Part shown: positions 1 to 11,498 of the stretch, in pieces | Layout: every line of letters starts with the position of its first letter | How positions within the stretch are numbered: the first letter of the stretch is position 1 | Source of the DNA: Convolutriloba macropyga | Lineage: Eukaryota | NCBI RefSeq assembly: GCF_964194025.1 | Contig: NC_134476.1 | Location: 60,636,001-60,700,000 of the forward strand | DNA length: 64,000 nucleotides | Direction: 5' to 3' | Program-made: the position numbers and the translations under genes | Notes under the pieces: generated by a model | Told to the model about the DNA's origin: nothing | Database searches by the model: none | What the model saw: the letters and a program-made list of their open reading frames with translations, nothing else

Positions 1-682
1 GAGAAACAGTGTCTTCTATAATGACTACTTGGTTGACGCCAAATTTGATGTTATTAATGACGTCTTTGTTCGGTACGAAAGGGAAACTTGAGTTAGATAA
101 GAAATGTGGACCATTGACCCAACTGCTTAGTTGCAAAACCTCAGCGGACATTCCACGCCTGCCAGCGTCAGCTGGATTATCCTTAGTTGCGACGTGGTTC
201 CATTGGTCAACGCTGGTATACTCCAAAATTTCAAAAACGCGGTTGGCAACAAAGATTGGTTGCTATTCATTAGAGTTTATCCACTGAAGAACGGTCGTGC
301 TGTCTGTCCACATGAATATTTGGTTAACAGTTACAGTAAGTGCCTGAACAATTTCGTGCTTCAGCCAAGCGGCAAGTAGAGCTGCTTGCAATTCCAGTTT
401 TGGGACAGTCATTACCTTCATTGGCGCCACGCGCGCTTTCCCCAAAACAAACGCAAGCTCTGTTTTTATCTTGCCCGTAGGAGTTGTTACTCGGGCTCGT
501 AGAAATGCAACGGCACTAAAAATATCCTGAGAACTATCACCGAACATATGCAACTCTATATTATCAAAGGGTCCGCTAAAGTAACTTCGAGGAATTTTGA
601 TGTTTTCAAGCTTTGGTAAGTCCGCACTCCAAAACAAAAATCTTTGAACCATGTCCTGAGGGAGCTCGTCATCCCATTGTTG
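1..682 (-). pseudogene. BEL/Pao RNase H (Peptidase_A17-like) region
   Basis: LHMFGDSS, GKARVAP, VPKLELQAA and WTDSTTVLQWI. After a stop at 263-265 the frame continues FVANRV...WNHVATKDNPAD...WVNGPHFL. Confidence 0.92.
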
Positions 683-1900
683 TCATGTGACACGCCAGAA
701 GTCTTTTAAGAGCAGTCGCGAACCGACGGTAAACGGTGCGACAAGACCAAAGGGGTCAAAGACTTTCGAGACAAGACTTAGGACCAAGCGTTGCGTGAGG
801 GACTTGGTGATAGCGCAGCTTGTACCCCGACTCACAACTAAAGTGTCATTAGCGTGATCCCACTTTAACCCTAGCACATGCGATGAATCCTCCTGACATG
901 AAACAATAACCTTAGGCTCAGTAGACTGAGGGGAACCATCAATTCGGTCAGCCAGATTTGGTACATTGCTTAGGAACCTTACGTAAGCTTGAACCCACCG
1001 AGATGGAGTAAGCTTGAACCCACCGAGATGGAGAAGATGTACAAATTCCTTCGATCTATTGATGGTTTTCTCGGGAGACTCCACTGAGTCAAGGTAATCG
1101 TCCATGTAGAAGTTTTCAAGGACGGCTTTTGCAGCTTCGGGGTAAAACTTGGCATTGTCTCTCGCAGTGCGTTGTAATGCATAGTTGGCGCATGTGGGCG
1201 AGTCTTTAGCCCCGAATATATGGCGCGTATATTGATACACTACAACGTTAGTTGTGGGGTCCTCCCGCCACAGAAAGCGAAGTGATGGTTGATCTGATGG
1301 TAATACACCAACCTGTAGAAACATTCCCTCGATGTTGGCAGAGACGGCATATGGATGTTGTCAGAAGCGAAGAAGTGCGTAAATAAGGTTTTGAAGCAGA
1401 TCAGGGCCAGTGAGCAAAGATTTATTCAGTGAGGCGCCATGAAATTTTGCTGCTCCATTGAGCACCCTACGCACTTTACCTGGTTTGTTCGGGTTTAAAA
1501 CCGGATGGTGGGGTAGGTACCACTCTTTATCAGACCAGCTCTCAACCTTGTGAGCGTCCGGAACTTCAATTACATACCCCTTATTTAGGTCTTCCTTGAT
1601 GGTACTAGTATACTTCGCTCTGAGGTCTTCATCCTTGGCCAAACGTTTTTCGAGCGATTTTAGTTGCACAAGGGAGGAGAAGTAATAATTTGGGAACTGG
1701 ATGTTGTCTGCTACCCACAGCATTCCGACATCGTATCTCAGGCCCTTGTGTATGGTTGTACTATCAAAAATTTCTTGAGCCCTTGCGTCTGCTGCAGATC
1801 TTGAGTCTACCTGCTTGTTTGCTCCGAATGATTCAATGTCGTACCATGATTTTACTTGACTTGCTAACTCATTGTCCTGTTCGATATTCACTTTAAAGCA
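683..1900 (-). pseudogene. pol: BEL/Pao reverse transcriptase
   Basis: WYLPHHPVLNPNKPGKVRRVLNGAA, SLNKSLLTGPDLL, RFLWR, FGAKDSP, FYMDDYL and VLGLKWD. In-frame stop at 1361-1363 (RF*QH). Confidence 0.93.
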
Positions 1901-1929
1901 CGTTGAAGTTAAACACGAACTTGATGGTG

Positions 1930-2400
1930 ACGGACCGCTTAAGACCCAACCTATGGGTAAGCGTACGGCAACGGGTGAACGCTTCTCATCGGCAGAAAAG
2001 TATTCTAACGGGCGGATGGCATGATAGACATCTTGTCCGAGTATTATCTCAATGTCTTTATAGGAATATGTCACGGGATCAAGAACAGCTAAGTGTGGTT
2101 AAGTCTCTTGCAGGGTCTGTACATTAATTATATCTGAGCCGACGTTCAGACTCTCCTTAACGAAAGGGTTGATGGTAAATTGTTCGAAATCTTGATGTTC
2201 TCTTGGTTTCACTGTAACTTCAACAATCCTAGTGTCAACTACTTCTTCGGTTTTAATACGCTTGACAGTTAGCTTTAGTGCTTTACCGTGCAAACCGAGT
2301 CTATCTGCGAGACTACCGGCCACCCAAGAGCTACTGCAGGCGGTATCACACAAAACTAAAGCCTTGGTATCTAAACCGGACAAATTGACCAACTGCAATT
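1930..2400 (-). pseudogene. BEL/Pao aspartic protease region
   Basis: ALVLCDTACSSSWV (D-T-A variant of the D-S/T-G motif), followed after a frameshift by IEIILGQD and PIGWVLSGP. Confidence 0.8.
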
Positions 2401-2499
2401 CCGTTACCTGAAGGAGCCTCTTAACATCAGTAACAGATGACACTGTTGTGGTCTTATTAGACGGCTTTTGACTAGTAGTTGCTTTACTTTGACCTGTGT

Positions 2500-5374
2500 T
2501 GCCAGAAGACTGGATAGTATTGGGATATGTTGGCTGTTTTGTGGGGAAAACCCTATCTGCTCCATGCAATAGTGAGTTATGCGAACTATTACACCCTCTG
2601 CTCGGCCCTTTCGTGCCTGAGGGCACTGGCGGAATGTGTGCTTGTCCCGTAAGAGCGAAAAGTTTGTTATCCGCCACCAACTTAGCTCTGTGGGTTGGAG
2701 TCTTTTCCTTGAAAACTCGTCGACACTCCCATAGCCGGTGGTTACCTTTGCATACAATGCATCGAAAGAAAGTGTTTGTGGAAGCAGATGGCATTTGCTT
2801 CTTTGTTTCCCTTTGTTGCGAATTTGATGCAAACACTTTTGAAGCTGTTTTGGTCTTGGTTACTGAAGTGCTGTTATCTTCAGGCCTTGCCTTGGTTGGG
2901 CTTTGCTTCATAAGATCGTGGGCCTCAGCCTTTTCTTTAAGCCAGTCGTTAAAGTCAAGGAGGGTAGGCTTAACCCAGTGCTTCTTAACCGTAAAGAGCG
3001 ACCATGACTCTTTCATGTTTGGTGGTAACTTTTGTACTGCTTGGTTAAGTAGGGAAGCGCTCTTCAAGTCAGCATCATATGATAGTGACTTGAAAACCCC
3101 AACGAGGCTGGATATTGCTGCAGAATAGTTTATGATGTTATCACTATTGTGCATTTTAAGAGGCGGAAAGTTGCTTAGTTTATCCAAGTGTGCACTTACG
3201 ACTGCCTGTGGCTGGCCAGATTTACGTTCTAAAGTCCTTAGTGCATCCTTGTACATTAAAACACAGTAAGCAAACTCGGCGATTGCAATCTTTGCTTTAC
3301 CGGTGACGAGTGTTTTAAGGTACGCCAATTTAACGTCGTCAGTGAGCAACTGCGAGTCAATCGCGCTTTTGAATTGACCATACCACTCATGCCACTTTAA
3401 TGGGTCGCCAATAAACTCTGCAAGTTTCCACTCGGGCAAAGGGTCGTTTTTCTTACTTGTTATTGCATCAGCCAGTTCCCTAATCAATGACGCATTGTCT
3501 GGTATCGGAGGGGCAGTTGCAGACACCTGTGGACCGCTCCAACTCAACGGAGTAGGCCCAACATAGGGGTATGTTGGCTGAAAAACCGGAGTGGCTAGAC
3601 CAGGTACAACATTACTAGTAATACCGATCGGGTTTTCCTGCTGTGCATCTGATGGTGATTGCATATCAATCAAAGGGGGGCGAATTCTGATAAATTCGTA
3701 GTGGAACATTAGTGCTTGATGGTGCGATATGCGTGTGTACATTTGGAGGCAGACTATTCACGGTGGTTGTGTCTTGGTTGACTATTGACGGTCTGTGCTG
3801 TGGAAACCGCCAATGACTCATATTTGGCACAAAGTTCCGGCCAAGAGGGATATTGGGCATATTTAGGAAAGGAGGAGCAACAGAACGTATGACTTTGTTT
3901 ACTCGGTTATTATTATTTTGAAAAGTGTTGTAGACGGGAGGTTGATTGATCATTGGGGCGTGTAGAATGGGAGCAGTGACGTTAGGTGCCAATACTGGGT
4001 CCGGAATAGGAAGGTCAATGGGATGAGCGGGTTCGGAGTTGTGCTGTTGAGTGTTTGGACTTGGTGGGGCGCTTGGGTGCAAGGGAACGTTTATTGCGGG
4101 GGCTGGATGATTTGTTGTCGGAAAAGTAGGAATAGTGGCGTTTGGTGCTCGGGGGACAAAATTAATTTGTTGTCGGGAGCATATTCGCTGGGCCGAATAA
4201 TTTTTGCGTAGACTTGATGTTTCAGGTCTCCTGGATTGTGAAAATTGAAGTTGTGCGTTCGGAAATAACTCGGATGCATTATTTTGATTTAATTGCGGTG
4301 CAAACGGCTGTGGTGGAACGGGCTGTTGAATAGGGGGTGAAGAAGCCCCTGGGGCGTGTACAGAAGGCGGCTGACTATCAGCGGTTCTTTGGTTAGTTAT
4401 GCTTGGAAGCGCCATGCCTTGCTGGCCGGTTTGATCTATTTGCGCTCTTAAATGCGGCTGGTACAACGCCTGTGTGTTAGCAACAGCCAAAAAATTTTCA
4501 GGTGGACTATAATAGGGGTCGAGTTGCTGCACGGTCTCAATGCTTAAAAAGTAATTGCCTCGACAATTTTTTGGAATGGAATGCCTTGAAATGTCAGTGT
4601 TGTGATCTTCCACTGCTTCGCCGTTATTGTGGCTAGGGCATTCTGGAGGGTCTTTCGTAACCTCTGGTTCACTAGTTTTCTCGTTATTTAAACTTAAAGC
4701 AAGTGAGGTGTTGATCCAGTCTTGGACAGCCTTTTCACTTCTCATTGAGCTCCTAGCACTTGCAGTTGTTTCAGATTGGCTACCTTTGGAAACGGCGTCC
4801 AGCAATTCAAATTCTTGCAGAGTTGCCTCTGCCAACCGTTTCCTGTTGTTTTCCTCCAGTTCATCCAATTCCATTTGCTTTTTCTGTTTAGCAAGGCGAA
4901 TGGCTGCCTCATTTTGCTTTTCGATTTCTTCACGCTTCATCTAAGCACTTACGTAATCATGTTTACGCTGACTAGATGTTTTGACAAGGTCATCAGTGAG
5001 GTAAGTCCAGAACGAATGGAAGCCCTTGGTTCCTGGAACTCACTCACTTTATCATCAGCAAAATTGATGTAGTTTCGTGCTGAAGCGAGTATCTTGTCGT
5101 TCTTAATTGTCATTGCCTCCAAGTAAGACTCTAATGAAGGAACAAGTGCACTTGGATCCTCCGTTTTTCCAGCAAATGCAATCAGGTCCTCATTTTTGTC
5201 TACAACAGTCATAAATGCTTCGTTGCACTTAGTTACTAGGCGTTCAACTTTCACTCGCCTACTTTGATTATTTATACAATGAAGGATATCTTCATGTATA
5301 GCATGCATTTCAGCTTCACGCTTTGACCTGGCAGCGTACAATTTTTTGACTTTTTGATCAAGACTATTAGACAT
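2500..5374 (-). pseudogene. gag: BEL/Pao Gag region (coiled-coil N-terminus, P/Q/N-rich linker, DUF1759-like domain, Cys/His knuckles)
   Basis: LPEWKLAEFIGDPLKWHEWYGQFKSAID...KLAYLKTLVTGKAK, CIVCKGNHRLWEC and GCNSSHNSLLH. Split by frameshifts/stops over ORFs 4949-5413, 3666-4940 and 2099-3742. Confidence 0.88.
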
Positions 5375-5840
5375 CACGATGCTATTATTTCCAAAGAGCA
5401 GCGAACCTACCACTGCACACGGTTATCTATTATATGCACACTCCAAACCAATAAATCCCACGCAAAACAAACCCAACGCAAAAGACACCAAACACAGCAC
5501 ACTGTAGACAGTCTGTGAAACAAACCGCCCAAAGAGCAAAGAAGGTCGTCGAGCACACTGTGTTCGACAAAAACAGAAGTGAAGCGCTGAACGCTTTGCG
5601 CTCAACGCGGAGGGAGGCAAAGGACACACGGGAAGTCGAGCGAGCAACGCGCGAAGAAACGGAAACGGGACAGACGAGAAGTTGAGCGAGCAGTGCGCGA
5701 CGGAATGGAAACGGGACTTGCGAGAAAGCGGGTGGAAAACGCGCAAAACAACGAAACGGGACGGTGGGAAATTACGGGCGGGAAATGAGGTTGGAGAGAA
5801 CTATGTTAGCAGACCACAGCAAAAACTCAAGCAAACAACC

Positions 5841-6430
5841 TAGCCGTAACTCCAGAACAATTTAAGTCACACCCTAGGAAGAAGGAGAGAAGCTACTGCA
5901 AGACAATCTAACATAGTTCATAATGGGTTTATAACAACAAATTTAACGACAAACTAATTTACGGCAATGCAGTAGTACACTAAAAGGATGTAAAGGTCAA
6001 GAAATTTAATAGCCGTAACTCCAGAATAAACTTAAGTCACATCCTAGCAAAACCCAAACCACAACAAACAATCAGCATACTAGCGTTATTAAACAAACTA
6101 CAGCAAAATTGAATAAACTACAATAGTGTGTTTGTAGACTAAGATAATTGGAAAAGTCAAGAAAGGATCCAGCCGAAAATAAACTTAAGTCACACCCTAG
6201 AAGTCAACAAGACCAAATCAACTAGCAATCATACAGGTACAAACCAACATAGAGCAGCAAAATCAATATACTACAACAGGAATGCTAGTAAATTAGTATA
6301 GTTGAAAAAGTCAAAGGACAATCCAGCAATAACTCGAGAATAAACTTAAGTCACAACCTAGAAAGCAATAAGACCTAAACAACAAACCGGCATACTAGCA
6401 TACTCAACATACTACAGCAAAAACAACAAC
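5841..6430. repeat. Four degenerate tandem units (~155-170 bp) in the retrotransposon 5' leader
   Basis: Core AGCCGTAACTCCAGAATAAACTTAAGTCACACCCTAG, with AAGTCAC anchors at 5864, 6034, 6187 and 6348. Confidence 0.85.
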
Positions 6431-6719
6431 ATACTTCATCACATATGACATACTACATCAAAATCTGGAAACATAGCGGAGAAAACGAAAAGCGAAGTTT
6501 TGGGAGAGCGACGTTATTGAAAAACGGAACACGGAGAATTGAAAAGTTAAAGGACGAAAAGGACGAAACGGCACGAAAACTAGCGACGAAAAAAAAATAG
6601 AGGAATTCGATTAAATTTTCTGTAGGCCGGAGGTTGTGAAAACTTTCACAACTTTTTCTGTGTAATGAGTTTCACTCAATTAACGAAGCTTCTGAAACTT
6701 TTTGTTGGGAAATTTGATT

Positions 6720-6936
6720 TATTGACAAATTTGTCAATATTTTATGCCTTTGTCCAATTTTTCTCTATTTTTGGTCAATTTGTTGCAGTTTCTTGAATAC
6801 GGAACGATAATTCACTAAACTGGACGGTTTTTTGCTCGAAAGTACGGTTTATCAATATTCAGTAATAGTTTTCTAATTTTTTTTTATTTGCAACAAAATT
6901 GACCAAAAATTTTTAAAATTGGACAAATTAGCATAA
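6720..6936. repeat. 20-bp perfect palindrome plus ~46-bp imperfect inverted repeat
   Basis: TATTGACAAATTTGTCAATA at 6720-6739. Arms 6742-6786 and 6890-6936 are reverse complements with a few mismatches. Confidence 0.8.
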
Positions 6937-7684
6937 TTTTCGCTCAGCTTTCTCTATATCAGAGGTTATTTTTTGAAATACGAACCGACTGTACCAATTT
7001 CTCGAAATTTTGGTAAATCTACCAAAAATTTTCAAAATTGATGTTTTTTTCGTCTTTAAAATTGTTTGCAGAGTTTAATGGTGACTGATTTTCGAAAACA
7101 ATTCAGCCGGATGTGATAGGGGGGGACGAAAATTGCCGTCTAGAGGTTATCAAAGTACCGCATCAGGAGAATACGTTAAGTTTTGGATGAGTCTTACAGT
7201 TTTTTGAAGAAAATGTATCCATCACTTAAACAACTCTTTGTTGCACCAAGTCTGTGAGCATTCCTCTCATCTGCATCCCACTTCTGAGCCCTTTGGTGTT
7301 AGCAATATGCTGATCGTTCACCTGGGGAATGCGATCTAGTCTTTTCGGGACACCGTGACATCTTGTGCCTCAGACTCCGTCCACCGAATTTCAAATCTCA
7401 TATCCAAATAGCACACTATCCAGATAACTCACTAGCTACAATCCTCCACTAGGCTTAAATCATCCCATGTATGGTTCAATTCAGCTTTCGTACTGTCGAA
7501 TAAAATTATAAGTTTGGGAAAAACAACCAAACTGAAAGCAGTAGAAGCAATGCTCAATATACCCGACAAAAGTCAAAATTCGAACAGGATAAAACTTCTG
7601 GTAATCCTCGAAACTGGTTATAACAAGATCGCCATTAGACTAAACTGAAAGGTGATTCCTGAAAAAGAATCAATTGTTCGCCGC

Positions 7685-7702
7685 TCCCGGGTTGCAGCAC
7701 CA
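7685..7702 (-). promoter_or_regulatory. Candidate tRNA primer-binding site
   Basis: Minus strand reads TGGTGCTGCAACCCGGGA, the complement of a tRNA-like 3' end (...TCCCGGGTTGCAGCA-CCA). It lies upstream of gag in the correct orientation, but no adjacent TG...CA LTR is evident. Confidence 0.45.
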
Positions 7703-8160
7703 ATAAAAACTCAGTAAAAACTGTAGTTCGAGAATTCAATTCATCTATAATGATAAAGCAACGTATAAGTATAGCGTGTAAGCATTAAGACGTACAAAGC
7801 CACAAGTGAAACTTAGGCGGCAAGGTTTTTTCGATGCTCTTTTACTGGTTTTTTGTCTGATGTTATTGACGTAAAATCAGTTCGTATTCAATCGGCAATT
7901 GTCTAGAAAACCTAAAAAATATTAAGCCGAAAACCACCTCAATTGGTACATATCGTGGTTATATTTACTTAAAATTAGATTAATTGAACTTTTTCGGAAC
8001 TTTCTACGTATATTAGAACGTATTTAAATCTTATTTTAAAGTTTAGAAATACTCGATTCTGATTGGATGAAATTCGTTCATTTACTGCGTAACAGCTTGG
8101 TTCCGGGGGTGTCTCGATTGGGGGTGTTGGATCACGTTCTTGATAATCAATTTTTGCAGT

Positions 8161-8319
8161 CTAACTGCAGTGTTTGCAAATGAAGTTTGGATGGTGATCG
8201 TTTTTAGTTGACAGACCACTGCATTTGATATGCATATATGCACCGCAACCGTAGTACCAAACTCCACCACCTCGGAGGTGAATAGAACATTTAGAGCAAT
8301 GGGTTTGAGTATCTGACAT
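8161..8319 (-). pseudogene. PHD-finger ORF start (retroelement-type), below the ORF-track size cutoff
   Basis: MSDTQTHCSKCSIHLRGGGVWYYGCGAYMHIKCSGLSTKNDHHPNFICKHCS* fits C4HC3 spacing with the third Cys replaced by Tyr. The frame continues past the TAG as TAKIDYQERDPTPPIETPPEPSCY. Confidence 0.75.
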
Positions 8320-8371
8320 TGTCAGAGGGGGCTGTTTACCGAGTGTAGATCATTGATAAAGATGAATATAA

Positions 8372-8947
8372 CTATGCATAAAATTCATTGCAAAAAGATA
8401 TCACATTATGTAGATACAAGGTAAACAAATGGTTACCGTAGAAAGAGAAATGAATTCCATCTCAACAAAAAGGAGACCTGCTGAAGAAAAAATATGGTGA
8501 AATGATCAAAGGAACTGCACAAAAATGAAGAAATCGATGCAGAGCCAAGTTCATGAAATATATTTTCCTGTTAACAAGTTTATTATTTGAAGTGGCAATT
8601 ATTTTAGGTGAAACCACAATACGCGGTTGGAATTTATAACATATGATATCCAACAGAACTCGGTAGCATTCGATGAAGTGAGAGCATGAGTAGTGGTGAT
8701 CATTGAATCCTGCGACAAGGCACACTGATCTCAAATTGAGGGGAGGATGCTGGTTTACTACATTGAAGAGGTCGATTAGGTTAGCTCCGCGATATGAGTG
8801 GATGGTTGCTCCAACTGCGCTGCCTTCAATATATTTTGTCCTGGATGTGCCAATTACTAAATCTTGTGCATTCCAGGGCAGGATCTGTGCAACAAATTCT
8901 CTCATCACCTGCAAAAATGGTGACGTCTTAACAAATAGACGTACCAA
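8372..8947 (-). pseudogene. SGNH/GDSL esterase domain (retroelement ORF1-like) with one in-frame TGA
   Basis: Blocks VIGTS (S), YRGA (G) and VAGFND (N). Directly after TGA 8462-8464 the same frame reads DGIHFSFYGN (D-x-x-H) and ends at TAG 8372-8374. Confidence 0.78.
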
Positions 8948-9029
8948 AATGTAGAAATTTCAACGAATGTGATTGGTTGAGAAATTTAAAACACTGTTCT
9001 GTTAAGTGTTCAATTAGCCTAAATTGGAC

Positions 9030-9229
9030 NNNNNNNNNNNNNNNNNNNNNNNNNNNNNNNNNNNNNNNNNNNNNNNNNNNNNNNNNNNNNNNNNNNNNNN
9101 NNNNNNNNNNNNNNNNNNNNNNNNNNNNNNNNNNNNNNNNNNNNNNNNNNNNNNNNNNNNNNNNNNNNNNNNNNNNNNNNNNNNNNNNNNNNNNNNNNNN
9201 NNNNNNNNNNNNNNNNNNNNNNNNNNNNN
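9030..9229. other. Assembly gap (200 N)
   Basis: Run of 200 N. The round number suggests a scaffolding placeholder, so adjacency across it is unproven. Confidence 1.
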
Positions 9230-9737
9230 AAGCATGTGTAGGAGCAGTACAACCTGGTGTTTAGATGTCGTTTCCTTCCGGTTTGGCCACAGACCCCAAA
9301 GAACACACAAAACCTGGGGATCGTAAAAAAAATTGTGTGAAGAAATTGTTTAATCAAAAGTTATTTGGACACGTCATATAGAATAAAGCAACCAGCAATC
9401 CTTAAAGCCGGAAGTTTACTTATGATTAGGAAATGATTATGAGCATTTGAAAATCAGCACTGTGGTCTCATCGCTCTCGCTGCGTTTTTTTTGGAAAAAT
9501 TGATTACAAATTATTGCGTTGCAATATAAAGTTGGTCAAATTTCCGAAAAAAACTACAAATTAAAGCAGGTACTATTAACAACACTCAAATACCAGTGCG
9601 TGGAAACCTTTTCTTTGGAATTCCAAGCAGTTTTTCATCGTGTATTTCAAGAGATTGCTGTTGCAGAAGCAGAAAATATCAAATAAATAACTAGCTAACT
9701 TTTTCTATTAGTTTTGTTTTTAGATGAAACTGATTGA

Positions 9738-11498
9738 ATGGTAAAAACAATGATTGCTGTGACAGAGTATTGTGCTGCCTGTGATCTCGAGTTTGATAAG
9801 GAGGCGTTTTATGAGGATCACATTGAATCAGAGAAGCATCTACTCAAACTAAAAGAGAATACGTTTTTATCGGATCGATTTTATAGAATTCTCTCTTCAT
9901 TTCGCCAGCAGTTATTGACAATTGATTCGCCCCCTTGCTGTGCTGCATCGAAAAAGGAGCATAACTTTATTGCGCAAGCAATTTGTCCGAGTAGTTCTCA
10001 CGTGGATAAACTAAGTCCCAATGCAACTTTGATAAGCAGTAACTATGAACTTCACGCTCATAATTCTGTCTGTTCCAATTATCAAGACAGCGAAACTAAT
10101 ATTTATTTTGCTAATCCTCTCAAGCGCAAAATTCTGATAGAGAGCGAACAATCAGAACACCAGAAAGAGGGCAACAATGTAAACAACTCAATAGACAGCG
10201 ATCAAGAAAACAAAGACGTTAAAAGTCGACTTGAAATTGACTGTTCTCGTGCTATGAGGGATGATGATGCTTTCTTAGAGGGTCAGTGCCATGAAAAAAG
10301 AATACTGGTTGATAAGATACAGAGCCCTGATAAGTGCATCACCCAAATTCGTGATAACTTAGGAACGGTCTGTAAAACTGCGACAGCTTTCAATCAGCCT
10401 TTCAAAGGCACGCGAGAGATTTTTGCATCAACAAACATGAGTTCTGTTGAAAAACATTGTAATTTTTTCATATATCAGTGCCTAGCTTGCAAAGCGCTCA
10501 TTAATAACGAAAGAAATTTTGTTGAACATTTCGAAAGTAGTGAGCATAAACAAAATTGTTATAGCGAAAAGCAGGAAAATAGTGGGATAATGTCAATTGC
10601 CTGCTTACTGTGCGACAATCGATTGCTATCGGGTGATGACCTAATAAACAAGCACCGAAGCAGCGAAAAGCATCGTAAGGAGCTGAGGAAAATGGCATTT
10701 TCAATGAGCGGAAACTTTGAATCATTGTGTGAAGAACTGTTAAATCTTCGAGGTGAAAATTCAAATCTTCAACCTACTTTGCAATCAATTGTGCAGTTTT
10801 CTTGCACTCTAACAAAGAAGATCGAATTTATATCTGTATTGGCAAGACTAATTGTAATGGCGAGCAGAGATTTGAGTTCCAATTTTGATCTCTGCATTTT
10901 CAACAAGAGATTGTCTCCCGAGCTTCAAAAAATTTGGGATCAAGGTTGTCTGTATTTATTGCCGCAATCGCTTAGAAAATTTCGAGGAATGTTTCTCTGT
11001 ACGATTTGCAGCGCTGCTTCATCCGATTTGTTCAATTTTGTTCAACATGCAGTATTAGATTTAGAACATTTGCGGCAATCTTCATTCAAACCCCCAATGA
11101 CGTGTTGTTTCTCGTGCGATGAATTACATCATTTTCAGAACTTTGAAGGTTTGTTCTCTATTTCAAAATCAAAACACCATAAATCGAAGAATCAATTTGA
11201 TTGCATCAGAACCGAGGAATCGAAATTGCGAAAAGAAACAAAATTACAGAAGTTATTGTACAAAAACGGTACTCTCAAACTGAATTCATTTTTATGTTGC
11301 TTAGTTTGCCTGTCCTGTCCTTCGCTGTCAAAATTGCATAACTTGTTTGAAGTGTATCAACATTTAACTTCATCTAATCATCTTGGAAGTACTTATTCTA
11401 TCTGCGTTGAATGTCATGATTGTAAATGTTCATTTTACTCTTTTTCTGCTGCAGTTGGTCATGTGATGACAGACTGTAAAAAATCTGTCAAAAATTAA
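9738..11498 (+). CDS. 586-aa protein with ~6-7 widely spaced U1/matrin-type (C2H2, H-x5-H) zinc fingers
   Basis: Uninterrupted 1.76-kb ORF in AT-rich DNA. Fingers: CAAC..HIESEKH, CLAC..HFESSEH, CLLC..HRSSEKH, CTIC..HAVLDLEH, CLSC..HLTSSNH and CHDC..HVMTDC. A T-rich acceptor-like site (TTTTTAG, ending 9723) lies just upstream. Confidence 0.85.
   Translation: MVKTMIAVTEYCAACDLEFDKEAFYEDHIESEKHLLKLKENTFLSDRFYRILSSFRQQLLTIDSPPCCAASKKEHNFIAQAICPSSSHVDKLSPNATLISSNYELHAHNSVCSNYQDSETNIYFANPLKRKILIESEQSEHQKEGNNVNNSIDSDQENKDVKSRLEIDCSRAMRDDDAFLEGQCHEKRILVDKIQSPDKCITQIRDNLGTVCKTATAFNQPFKGTREIFASTNMSSVEKHCNFFIYQCLACKALINNERNFVEHFESSEHKQNCYSEKQENSGIMSIACLLCDNRLLSGDDLINKHRSSEKHRKELRKMAFSMSGNFESLCEELLNLRGENSNLQPTLQSIVQFSCTLTKKIEFISVLARLIVMASRDLSSNFDLCIFNKRLSPELQKIWDQGCLYLLPQSLRKFRGMFLCTICSAASSDLFNFVQHAVLDLEHLRQSSFKPPMTCCFSCDELHHFQNFEGLFSISKSKHHKSKNQFDCIRTEESKLRKETKLQKLLYKNGTLKLNSFLCCLVCLSCPSLSKLHNLFEVYQHLTSSNHLGSTYSICVECHDCKCSFYSFSAAVGHVMTDCKKSVKN

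Larger units (their letters stand above)
1..7702 (-). mobile_element. BEL/Pao LTR retrotransposon, degenerate, 3' part (integrase, 3' LTR) outside window
   Basis: Collinear minus-strand gag-protease-RT-RNase H motifs at 1-5374, followed upstream by a long repeat-containing leader. The right boundary is set tentatively at a candidate PBS (7685-7702). No clear LTR was identified. Confidence 0.9.

Noticed and set aside
2496-5072. Plus-strand ORFs overlapping gag (e.g. the 210-aa ORF at 2496-3128)
   Set aside because: Antisense shadows with no recognisable domain.
8462-8464. Selenocysteine or programmed readthrough TGA in the SGNH ORF
   Set aside because: The position is non-catalytic, and the neighbouring PHD ORF is also mutated. 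Simple decay is more parsimonious.
8977-9357. ORFs spanning the N gap
   Set aside because: Artefacts of translating Ns.
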